Positions 37,501 through 50,500 of a stretch of 64,000 bases of DNA are shown here, one piece after another. A program made the translations under genes and the position numbers. The notes under the pieces were generated by a model. That model was not told the DNA's origin. It searched no databases and saw only the letters and a program-made list of their open reading frames with translations. Origin of the DNA: Octopus sinensis (lineage: Eukaryota); NCBI RefSeq assembly GCF_006345805.1, contig NC_043023.1, positions 6,820,001-6,884,000 of the forward strand, read 5' to 3'. Positions within the stretch are counted from its first letter, which is position 1. Each line of letters opens with the position of its first letter.

Positions 37501-40500
37501 TTGGGCCGAGCAAAGCCTTGTGAGTGGATTTGGCAGACGGAAACTGAAAGAAGCCCGTCGTATATATGTATATATATGTGTATGTGTGTGTATATGTTTA
37601 TGTGTCTTTGTTCCCCCAATATTGCTTGACAAGCGATGCTGGTGTGTTTACGTCCCCGTAACTTAGCGGTTCAGCAAAAAGTGACCGATAGGCGCAGGAG
37701 TGGCTCTGTGGTAAGTAGCTTAATAACCAACCACATGGTTCCGGGTTCAGTCCCACTGTGTGGTATCTTGGGCAAATGTCTTCTGCTATAGCCTCGGGCC
37801 GACCAATGCCTTGTGAGTGGATTTGGTAGACGGAAACTGAAAGAAGCCCGTCGTATATATGTATATATGTGTATGTGTGTGTATATGTTTATGTGTCTTT
37901 GTTCCCCCAATATTGCTTGACAAGCGATGCTGGTGTGTTTACGTCCCCGTAACTTAGCGGTTCAGCAAAAAGTGACCGATAGGCGCAGGAGTGGCTCTGT
38001 GGTAAGTAGCTTAATAACCAACCACATGGTTCCGGGTTCAGTCCCACTGTGTGGTATCTTGGGCAAATGTCTTCTGCTATAGCCTCGGGCCGACCAATGC
38101 CTTGTGAGTGGATTTGGTAGACGGAAACTGAAAGAAGCCCGTCGTATATATGTATATATATGTGTATGTGTGTGTATATGTTTATGTGTCTTTGTTCCCC
38201 CAAAATTGCTTGACAAGTGATGCTGGGGTGTTTACGTCCCTGTAACTTAGCGGTTCGGCAAAAAGTGACCGATAGAATAAGTATTAGGCTTACAAAGAAT
38301 AAGTCATGGGATCGATTTGCTCGACTAAAGGCGGTGCTGCAGCATGGCCACAGTCAAATGACTGAAACAAGTAAAAGGGTAAAAGGGTAACTACCCTGTA
38401 TTTCTGCGTGTATGATAAACCCCTTATTAGTTATCTCCATTCTGTCTTATTCTCACTCTTTAATCTTTTACTTGTTTCAGTCATTTGACTGCGGCCATGC
38501 TGGAGCACCGCCTTTAATCGAGCAACTCGACCCCGGGACTTATTCTTTTGTAAGCCCAGTACTTATTCTATCGGTCTCTTTTGCCGAACTGCTAAGTTAC
38601 AGGGACGTAAACACACTAGCATCGGTTGTCAAGCAATGCTAGGGGTACAAACACAGACACACAAACACACACACACATATATATATACATATATACGACA
38701 GGCTTCTTTCAGTTTCCGTCTACCAAATCCACTCACAAGGCTTTGGTTGACTCAAGGCTATAGTAGAAAACACTTGCCCAAGGTGCCACGCAGTGGGACT
38801 GAACCCGGAACCATGTGGTTGGTAAGCAAGCTACTTACCACACAGCCACTGCTCTCTCTTTTAATTATGTCTCTTATACCTACAACGAAAGAATACATTC
38901 CTTGGAGATGCGCTCATTCATATTTGCTAGTTCGCAGTGCACCCGCCCTCCCACCCCCTCCACCTGTACCGGAAGTCCCTATCTTGTCATCCTTGATTGT
39001 CTCCCATGAACACTTCTAAAGGCCTTATGCCATCCCCTGACCCCTACTATATAAGGTAGTGATCATACAGTGCAAAATATAATAGTGTAGTGTACGTGGG
39101 TTGAACTGAAGACTATTGTTGTTTGTCTATGAATCCTGCCAAATGCGAGCTCTCTTTTCAGGTACATGACGCCACTGTCCCCCGTCCCAGGGTCTCAAGG
39201 GCCCATACCTCCCACACCCTCAGGGTCGGCACTCTCAACGTTGGCACACTGAAAAGTAGGTCTGGTGAGATTGTTGAGCTGCTTGAACGGAGATGTGTTG
39301 ATATGTGCTGCATCCAAGAAGTTAGGTGGAGAGGAGGTTCTGCTAGGTTCCTCACAGGTAAAGAACACAGGTACAAGATTTTCTGGGCAGGGAACACTGA
39401 TGGGGTTGGAGGTGTGGGTATACTTCTTGTGGAGAAATGGGTAGATAAGGTAATTGAGGTAGTCAGAGTATGCAACAGAATACTTAAGATTAGATTAGTG
39501 CTTCATCATGGATTAGCAACCATTATCTCAGCCTATGCCCCTCAGCCAGGGCTACCCGATGGACAGAAAGACCGATTCTATGACACCCTCTTGCAGACTA
39601 CCGCGTTGATGAATGACAGGGACCTTCTCTTTGTGGCTGGCGATTTCAATGGACATGTTGGATGATATGTCGGGGGCTTCCATGGCATACATGGAAGCTA
39701 CGGTTTTGGCCCTCGCAATGAGGAGGGAACCAGGCTGCTGGAGTTCTGTGATGCAAATGATCGTATAGTCTGCAATACTAACTTCAGAAAACCTGCCAGT
39801 CACCTAGTCACCTACCGCTCTGGCAGACACACTAGTCAAATTGACTACATCCTCACCAGAAAAAGGGAAAGATGGCTGCTTATAAATGCCAAAAACTTCC
39901 CAGGCAAAGAATGTACCCCACAACATAGACTGGTAGTTAGTGACTTCTGGATCAGGGCTAGATGGATGCCCAGAAGACGACCAGCAAGGAGAAGGGTCTG
40001 GAGACTTAAAGATTCGGCAAATGGACAGAGATTTAGAGACATACTACTCGAAGCCTTTGACGAAATAGAAGGGGATATAGCTTCACATGGTATAGAAGAC
40101 AACTGGAGGTTCCTACGGGACAACCTGCTAAGGGCCACCGACCGGATCTGTGGATGGTGCAAAGTCCCCTCAAGACCCAAAATAACGTGGTGGTGGAACA
40201 ATACTGTTGACAAGGCTATTAGACAAAAGAAACAGGCTTGGAAGGACTGGAAGAATGGTGGTAGCAGGGAATTGTATCAGACTACCAGAAGGGAAGCTAG
40301 GAGGCAGGTTTATTTAGCCAGAGGAAATGGACAACATGCAGGGGATGGTCACAGCTGGAGAATCTTTGGTCATAGGTCTTCAGGATCGCAATTAACTTGA
40401 CGCTAAACAACAACTAACGCTCTACCACTTATGAGTTGATCCCCGCCCCCCCATCACTTTGAGATGAAGTAGACTAGTAATGATGAAAGACTTACCAGAA

Positions 40501-43500
40501 CCTTCAGTTCCTTTTTTTTCCTCCATCCAAATGCGGCTACAAATGCCACGGTTAAACACAGCAACGGTCCAGTGCCTGGCATCTCAAATCTCGGGGAACC
40601 CAAAACCCCAGCTAGACCGATGGCATAGAGTAAGAACCCTCGCAGGAAAATGGAATTGTTCTGAAAAAGAAAAAGAAAACAAACAAAAGACTGATTGGTT
40701 GAATGACAGATTGATGAATAAAGATGCACAGAAGCAGACAGACAGACAAATACATAGATAGGCATATATATACACACACACATGCAAACACAGGGTTCAG
40801 TTCCACTACATGGCACCTTGAGCAAGTGTCTTCTACTATAACCTCAGGCCAATCAAAGCCTTGTGAGTGGATTTGGTAAATGGAAGTTGAAAAAAACCCA
40901 TCATGTGTATATATGTATATTTATCTATCTATCTATCTATCTATCCGCTCAGTTGAAGTCGACTCTCGGTCACTCATTGGATCAGTGTCCTCCAGTCAGT
41001 TCTATCCTGGGCCACTTCTTTCAGACTGGCTATGTCCATTCTGGTATCACTCTTGATGGTGTCAAGCCAGCGGATTCTTGGTTGGCCTCTTCCTCTCTTG
41101 CTACTGACCATTCCGAGCATGATGTCCTTCTCCAGGGATTTTCTCCACATAATATGACCGAAATATGCCAATCTATGCTTGGTGATCCTAGCTTCTAGCG
41201 ACATTTTCGGTTTAATCTACTAAAGAACTTTTCCATTGGTGAGCCTCGCTGTCCATGGAATCCATAAAAGTCTTCTCCAACACCAAAGCTCGAATGCATT
41301 AATTCTCTTCTGGTCAGCTTTCTTTTAGTGTTCAGGTCTCGCATCCATATGTTGCTATTGGGAAGACAATTGCATTCACCAATCTGCATTTGGTAGCGAG
41401 TCTGATGACTCTACTCTTCCAGACCCTGCTCATGCTGACCATTGCCTCTCTGCCTAGTACTATCCACCTAGTACTTATTTCTGGAGTGCAGTTACCATCT
41501 CGATTTATTTTGGAGCCAAGGAAGATGAAATCATCAAGATCGGTATGTATATATATATAAAGCCGTAAGACGCTCCTGTCCTTGTACTGTCCACCATTCG
41601 TGTTTTTTATTTCTATTTTTGTTTCTTGTATTTATATTCGTGTGGCATCCTGTCTTTGTTCCGTATACATTCGACCCTCTTTCCAAGAAATCCAATGCCT
41701 GTGGCTTGGTTTTTCCTTGGGGCTGGCCAGGTCGGAGTAATATCGAGATTAAACAGCCGAAATTACTAAGATGATCCGCTTCCCGACTGAAGATTAGAGG
41801 CTTCGAGTGACCCGTCGGTTTTTTGTGTCGTCTCTTTGTGTGTTTTTGCGTTCTTGTCCCACTTTGTAATTTATATTTTATATTTAATTTCTATATATAT
41901 ATATATATACCACCAAGTAAGTTAGGGGTTGCGGATCCAACTCACTAAGGGATAATACTTATCCAATATATTGTTGAGGCACAATGAGTTACCATTAACC
42001 ATAGGCTGAAACAGCTGTAAGTGATTTAATAATTTATATTCATGTTTTTTAATTACTACTTGTATTCTTATCTTATATGCATTGAATAATATACTATATG
42101 TATGTATGTTATTATGGTTGTCGTTTTGATAAAAAAATAAGTCAACATTTTAATGTCCTAAAGCTGATGAACCAACTAATGTGCTTCTTCATTTTCTTAT
42201 TTGCAATATATATATATATATATATAAATTAGAAAAAACCCACCTTTTATCAATTCAAAATGAACAATTAAATTACACCATCTAGAAAATTACATATAAT
42301 ACAAGTATTTAAATTAAAATAACAATTAAATGTCAATGATTAAGTAAATTGCAAAAAAAAATAATAATAAAAACGTACATAATTTGTATATACAAATTAT
42401 ATACGTTTGTATTATTATTATTTTTTAATCATTTTTTTGCAATTTACTTAATCATTGACATTTTATTGTTATTTTAATTCTAATATTTCTATTATATGTA
42501 ATTTTTAGATGGTGTAATTTAATTCTTCCTTTTGAATTGATAAAATGTGTTTTTTTCTAATTTTTATATGTATATATTATATTGTGTGAAATTTGATTTA
42601 GTATTTCTAAATTGAATTTTTTTCCTTGTAAGTTTGGAGTTTATTCCCTCAAATAATAATTATATATATATATATATATACCACCAAGTAAGTTAGGGGT
42701 TGCGGATCCAACTCACTAAGGGATAATACTTATCCAATATATTGTTGAGGCACAATGAGTTACCATTAACCATAGGCTGAAACAGCTGTAAGTGATTTAA
42801 TAATTTATATTCATGTTTTTTAATTACTACTTGTATTCTTATCTTATATGCATTGAATAATATACTATATGTATGTATGTTATTATGGTTGTCGTTTTGA
42901 TAAAAAAATAAGTCAACATTTTAATGTCCTAAAGCTGATGAACCAACTAATGTGCTTCTTCATTTTCTTATTTGCAATATATATATATATATATATATAT
43001 AAATTAGAAAAAACCCACCTTTTATCAATTCAAAATGAACAATTAAATTACACCATCTAGAAAATTACATATAATACAAGTATTTAAATTAAAATAACAA
43101 TTAAATGTCAATGATTAAGTAAATTGCAAAAAAATAATAATAAAAACGTACATAATTTGTATATACAAATTATATACGTTTGTATTATTATTATTTTTTA
43201 ATCATTTTTTTGCAATTTACTTAATCATTGACATTTTATTGTTATTTTAATTCTAATATTTCTATTATATGTAATTTTTTAGATGGTGTAATTTAATTCT
43301 TCCTTTTGAATTGATAAAATGTGTTTTTTTTCTAATTTTTTATATGTATATATTATATTGTGTGAAATTTGATTTAGTATTTCTAAATTGAATTTTTTTC
43401 CTTGTAAGTTTGGAGTTTATTCCCTCAAATAATAATTATATATATATATATATATTATATATATATATATACAAGCAAAACACACCCTGTCCAATGGACG

Positions 43501-44496
43501 GTGCTGAGTTGTGAAAACATTTAAACCAAATTTTCTCAAAACAACTTGTCCGACCGTCCCATAGGCCTCCCCTTTGAGAAACTGATTTAACCTAAATTTG
43601 AGACACCAGCAAAAGAAGAAATAAAGATAGACTTTTTTCTATTCCAAAGAAAAACAATTTCCCACGGCTTTATTGATCGCATTCTCACCTGGAATCGATT
43701 TTTGTAATTTTTTCAAGATTTATACACAACTAGCAGTATCGCCCGGCGTTGCTCGGGTTTGTAAGGGAAATAACTATATAAGCATTTTTAGAGTTACTTC
43801 CCTTATAGATGCCAATTCGGGCTTTCTGTTTTGGTGTCTTCAAGCCATGAAGTTGTTGTTCTAAAAGAACGCTGGTCTCCTTGACAACGCTTTACGACGT
43901 TGATTTCCTTACACTCCCTTCCCCACAGCTTCACGAGGGAGGGAAGAAGGGGGAGAAGCAACACAGGTGCAGCTGTGAGCGTGGACGCCAACTCCGCCGC
44001 CATCGACACACGAAAAAATATGCATTAAAATGGAATAAAAAAATGATGTTAAATTATTTTTAAAATCGTAGACTCATCGTAGACGCGCGCTAATACCCAG
44101 ACGGGCTCGATATGAATCACGACTATAAGATACCCGAATTTGGTTAAACTGCACCGCAAAATGTGGGAGTAGTTAGGAATCTAAATCGAAGGGGACAGAC
44201 ACTCACACAACTACAGTTTTATATATATAGATATCAACATATCAAATTTGAGCGCAATCGGATGGAGGATGCCCGAGATCCTAGAAGACACACACACAGA
44301 CAGACAGAACAAATTTTGATAGATCGGTAACCACTACACACATTTTTTTTCTCTCCTTGTTTTTTTCTGTGTCCCTTTCTGTAGAAGAGCGTAGGCTCGA
44401 AACGTAAAAGACTTTTGCAATTCCTGAGCGTTAAACTAATACATCTGTTTGTTTTCTACACCACCTGTCTTCATCTTTTGTTTTTTCGTAAACTCT

Positions 44497-44559
<63 letters not shown>

Positions 44560-47500
44560 CATATATATATATATATCTTTCTCTTTCTCTTTCTACTTGT
44601 TTCAGTCATTTTGACTGTGGCCATACTGGAGCACCGCCTTTAATCAAGCAACTCAACCCTGGGACTTATTCTTTGTAAGCCCAGTACTTATTCTATCGGT
44701 GACGGGGACATAAACACACCAGCATCGGTTGTCAAGCAATGCTAGGGGGACAAACACAGACACACAAACATACACGCACATACATATATATATACATATA
44801 TACGACGGGCTTCTTTCAGTTTCCGTCTACCAAATCCACTTACAAAGCTTTGGTGGGCCCGAGGCTATAGTAGAAGACACTTGCTCAAGGTGCCACGCAG
44901 TGGGACTGAACCCGGAACCATGTGGTTGGTAAACAAGCTACTTACCACACAGCCACTCTTGCACCTATATATATATATATATATATTGATAGAAATGGCA
45001 AGACAACAAAAGAATGAAAGAGACCTTGATATTTTGTAAATAGAGGAAGACCTAGGGCTAAACAACAACAACAACAACAACAACGCTGCCACCGCGACCA
45101 CCACTGGTAAAACACAGATAATATAAAATTGCACTGACCTGTTTCCTAGGGGGAATATACCAGAGCAAAACACCAAATAATGCCCCCAAGACAATCCCTA
45201 ATAGGGCTTCAAGTGGCCCCTTAAAGATAGACCAGACAATATTTCCTGTAAAAAAAAAAGAAAGGAAAAAGGTCAGGAGCTTCTTATTTCTTTACTGCCC
45301 ACAAGGGGCTAAACATAGAAGGGACAAACAAGGACAGACAAGGGATTAAGTCGATTACATTGACCCCAGTGTGTAACTGGTACTTAATTTATCAACCCCA
45401 CAAGGGTGAAAGGCAAAGTTGACCTCAGCGGAATTTGAACTCAGAACGTAACGGCAGACGAAATACCTATTTCTTTACTACCCACAAGGGGCTAAACACA
45501 GAGTTGACAAACAAGGACAGACAAACGGATTAAGTCGATTACATCGACCCAGTGCGTAACTGGTACTTATTTAATCGACTCCGAAAGGAAGAAAGGCAAA
45601 GTCGACCTCAGTGGAATTTGAACTCAGAACATTCAGACAGATGAAATACCGCTAAGCATTTCGCCTGGTGTGCTAACATTTCTTATTTCTTTATTGCCCA
45701 CAAGGGGCTAAACATAGAGAGGACAAACAAGGACAGACAAAGGGAATAAGTCGATTACATCAACCCCAGTGTGTAACTGGTATTTATTTAATTGACCCCG
45801 AAAGGATGAAAGGCAAAGTCGACCTCAGTGGAATTTCAACTCAGAACATAACGGCAGATAAAATACCTATTTCTTTACTACCCACAAGGGGCTAAACACA
45901 GAGGGGACAAACAAGGACAGACAAAGGGATTAAGTCGATTACATCAACCCTAGTGCGTAACTGGTATTTAATTTATCAACTCCAAAAGGATGAAAGGATA
46001 AGTCAACCTCAGCAGAATTTGAACTCAGAATGTAGCGGCAGATGAGATACCGCTAAGCATTTCGCCTGCCATCTTACCACACAGCCCTGCCTGTGCTTGT
46101 CTTACTCTCTGTGTTTGTCCAACACCACCACCACCACTGCTCGACAAGTGATGAGTTTATGTTCCTGTGACTTTACGGTTTGGCAAAAGATACTGACAGA
46201 ATAAGTGCCAGACTTAAAGAAAATCAAAGTACTGGGATTGATGTGTTTGACTGAAAATTCTTCAACTAGAGTGGTGTGTCTTGTCTAAGGTTTACAGCTG
46301 AGGTTGACTAGGGGACAAGTAGAGTGGTGTGTCTTGTCTAAGGTTTACAGCTGAGGTTAACTGAGGGGACAAGTAGAGGTGTGTGTCTTGTCTAAGGTTT
46401 ACAGCTGAGTTGGACTAAAGGGACAAGTAGAGTGGTGTGTCTTGTCTAAGGTTTACCTGAGGTTGACTGAAGTGACAAGAAGAATGGTGTGTCTTGTCTA
46501 AGGTTTACAGCTGAGGTTGACTGAGGGGACAAGTAGAGTGGTGTGTCTTGTCTAAGGTCTTACAGCTGAAGTTGACTAAAGGGACAAGTAGAGTGGTGTA
46601 TCTTGTCTAAGGTTTAACCTGAGGTTGACTGAGGGGACAAGTAGAGTGGTGTGTCTTGTCTAAGGTTTAACCTGAGGTTGACTGAGGGGACAAGTAGAAT
46701 GGTGTGTCTTGTCTAAGGTTTACATTTGAGGTTGACTAAAGGGGCAAGTAGAGTGGTGTATCTTGTCTAAGGTTTACAGCTGAGTTTGGCTGAGGGGACA
46801 AGTAGAGTGGTGTGTCTTGTCTAAGGTTTACAGTTGAGGTTGACTGAGGGGACAAGTAGAGTGGTGTGTCTTGTCTAAGGTTTACAGCTGAGGTTGACTG
46901 AGTGGACAAGTAGAGTGGTGTGTCTTGTCTAAGGTTTACAGCTGAGGTTGACTGAGGGGACAAGTAGAGTGGTGTGTCTTGTCTAAGGTTTACAGCTGAG
47001 GTTGACTGAGGGGACAAGTAGAGTGGTGTGTCTTGTCTAAGGTTTACAGCTGAGGTTGACTGAGGGGACAAGTAGAGTGGTGTGTCTTGTCTAAGGTTTA
47101 CAGCTGAGGTGAGGTGACTGAGGGGACAAGTAGAGTGGTGTGTCTTGTCTAAGGTTTACAGCTGAGGTTGACTGAGGGGACAGTATAGAGTGGTGTGTCT
47201 TGTCTAAGGTTTACAGCTGAGGTTGACTGAGGGGACAAGTAGAGTGGTGTGTCTTGTCTAAGGTTTACAGCTGAGGTTGACTGAGGGGACAAGTAGAGTG
47301 GTGTGTCTTGTCTAAGGTTTAACCTGAGGTTGACTAAAGGGACAAGTAGAGTGGTGTATCTTGTCTAAGGTTTAACCTGATGTTGACTGAGGGGACAAGT
47401 AGAGTGGTGTGTCTTGTCTAAGGTTTAACCTGAGGTTGACTGAGGGGACAAGTAGAGTGGTGTGTCTTGTCTAAGGTTTAACCTGAGGTTGACTGAAGGG

Positions 47501-50500
47501 ACAAGTAGAATGGTGTGTCTTGTCTAAGGTTTACATTTGAGGTTGACTAAAGGGGCAAGTAGAGTGGTGTATCTTGTCTAAGGTTTACAGCTGAGGTTGA
47601 CTGAGGGGACAAGTAGAGTGGTGTGTCTTGTCTAAGGTATACACCTGAGGTTGACTGTGGTGACAAGTAGAGTGGTGTGTCTTGTCTAAGGTTTATAGTA
47701 AATGTAGAGTGTTGGTGTGAAAAAAAATCAGAGCTGAGAGACTTGTCCAAGATAGCTTACCTTCTGAAAAAGCGATGCCTAGTACCACACCGAACCCGGT
47801 AATGGCCAAGACATCATCAATGCTTGCGGCAGCAATCACCAAGGTGGGAATCCCTTTGTCGATTCCATAACCATTGTCTTTAAGATGAAGCAAGCAGGGG
47901 ACCACAACAGCTGGGGAGACTGCAGCGATGACAAAACTGATGAGAGAGAGAAAGAGATAGAGTGAGAGTGAGAGAGAGAGAGAGAGAGGGGATGATGGGA
48001 AAAAGAGATGTTGACAATGTATAAGCACACACACATACACACATTTATATGACAGGTTTCTTTTAGTTTCCACCTACCAAAGACACTCACAAGGTTTTGG
48101 CCTGAGGCTAAATTAGAAAACCTTTTTCTGAGATGCCACACAATTAGAATGGTTTTATTTCTAATTTATATTTCATATATATATAATAATAATTATTATT
48201 ATTATTTGAGGGAATATTATTCCTAACTTACAAGGCAAAATTCAATTTAGAAATACTAAATCAAATTTCACAAAATATAATATATATATATAAAAATTAG
48301 AAAAAAAACACCTTTTATCAATTCAAATGAACAATTAAATTACACCATCTAGAAAATTAATTGTTCATTTTGAATTGATAAAAGGTGTTTTTTCTAATTT
48401 ATATATATATATATGTCACGTCACACGTGACCAACCAGGCTATTGGATGTTGCTACACATCACTGGTCACAATGCGCTTCGCATTGTTTTAGCCTTCAAA
48501 TGATGCCACCCCGCTGGCTAAGTGAGAAGGCCAACAGAGGAAAGAGTGAGAGAAAGTTGTGGTGAAAGAGTACAGCAGGGATCGCTACCACCCTCTGCCA
48601 GAGCCTTGTGGAGCTTTAGGTGTTTTCGCTCAATAAACACTCACAACGCCCTGTCTGGGAATTGAAACCGCGATCCTACGACCATGAGTCCGCTGCCCTA
48701 ACCATTGGGCCATTGCACCTCCACACACACACACCAATCCGACCGTGGCCGTTGCCAGCCTCGCCTGGCACCTGTGCAGGTGGCACGTAAAAAGCACCCA
48801 CTACACTCATGGAGTGGTTGGCGTTAGGAAGGGCATCCAGCTGTAGAAACATTGCCAGATTAGACTGGAGCCTGGTGCAGCCTTCTGGCTTCCCAGAACC
48901 CCGGTCGAACCGTCCAACCCATGCTAGCATGGAGAACGGACGTTAAACGATGATGATGATGATAAATTATATATTATATTATATATATTATATATTATAT
49001 ATTATATATATATATCTGTGTTGATATATGGACAATTAAGGTGGTTTTAGAGTCAGATCATGGCTGCTATTTTCAGCATGGTGGTATCACTCACAAAGCT
49101 TTGGTTAACCTGAGGCTAAAGTGAAAGGCATTTGCCCAAGGTGCCATGCAGTGGGACTGAACCTGGAACCATGTGGTTGGGAAGCAAACTTCGTACCACA
49201 CAACCATTATATTCCCTAATGTATTCCTTACTGCATTCCTTACAGACAAGATGGTCACAGTTGGAATGCTTTTAACCCTAGGTTTGCATAATTAAGGCTA
49301 ACCTGGAGTGGAACAACAACAACAACAACACATATTCTCTCTCTCTCTTTACTCTTTACTCTTTTACTTGTTTCAGTCATTTGACTGCGGCCATGCTGGA
49401 GCACTGCCTTTAGTCGAGCAACTCGACCCCGGGACTTATTCTTTGTAAGCCCAGTACTTATTCTATCGGTCTCTTTTACCGAACCGCTAAGTAACGGGGA
49501 CGTAAACACACTAGCATTGGTTGTCAAGCGATGTTGGGGGGACAAACAAAGACACACAAACATACATATATATATATATATACATATATACGACAGGCTT
49601 CTTTCAGTTTCCGTCTACCAAATCCACTCACAAGGCATTGGTCGACCCGGGGCTATAGCAGAAGACACTTGCCCAAGATGCCACGCAGTGGGACTGAACC
49701 CGGAACCATGTGGTTGGTTAGCAAGCTACTTACCACACAGCCACTCCTGGAACAAAAAAAAAAAATGTAGAGAAACATTGTCTGGTACCCTGTGATGAAA
49801 CTTACCCAAGCATGAGACCCCATATCCAGGGTTGACCAAGAAAGAAGTGGGATGCAACGGTTGCTACAAGGGCTTCAGCCAGGCACGGACAAAAGGCCAG
49901 CCTGATCACTGCAAAGGACAACTTCCGCAGGGCAACTGGGTTGAGCCCTAATCCAGCCCGGATTAGGATTACAGTGAGGGCAGTGTTCCTGGAGAAGAAG
50001 AAGAAGAAGATAAGGAGAAATATATGAATAGAGGATGGCTGGTTGGTTTGTAGGGTGGTTGGCTGACAGGTAGGGTAGTTGCAAGGGTAGTGTTTAAATG
50101 GGGTAGTAGGAGATAGTTTATGGTGATGTTGGTGTTATCCATTTTTGGTGGTAAAAGGAGCACTTTGTCGGTTACGATGACGAGGGTCCCAGCTGATACG
50201 ATCAATGGAACAGCCTGCTCGTGAAATTAATGTGCAAGTGGCTGAGCACTCCACAGACATGTGTACCCTTAATGTAGATCTCGGGGAGATTCAGTGTGAC
50301 ACAGAGTGTGACAAGGCTGGCCCTTTGAAATACAGGTACTACTCATTTTTACCAGCTGTGTGGAACAAAGTGAAGTAAAGTGTCTTGCTCAAGGACACAC
50401 AAAAGCTGCCACTGTATCGGTTATAAAGATGACGGTTCCAGTTGATTTGATCAACAGAACAGCCAGCTCTTCAAATTAATGTGCAAGTGGCTGAGTATTC

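Noticed and set aside
41700-41820. ggctg...cagccGAAA and a later CTGAAGA in a (TA)n-flanked repeat
   Set aside because: Box order and stems do not fit a canonical hammerhead topology.
46267-47697. Regular repeats (also 4408-5150) as a CRISPR-like array or repeat protein
   Set aside because: Units are head-to-tail with no unique spacers and many indels, in a eukaryotic context; these are minisatellites.
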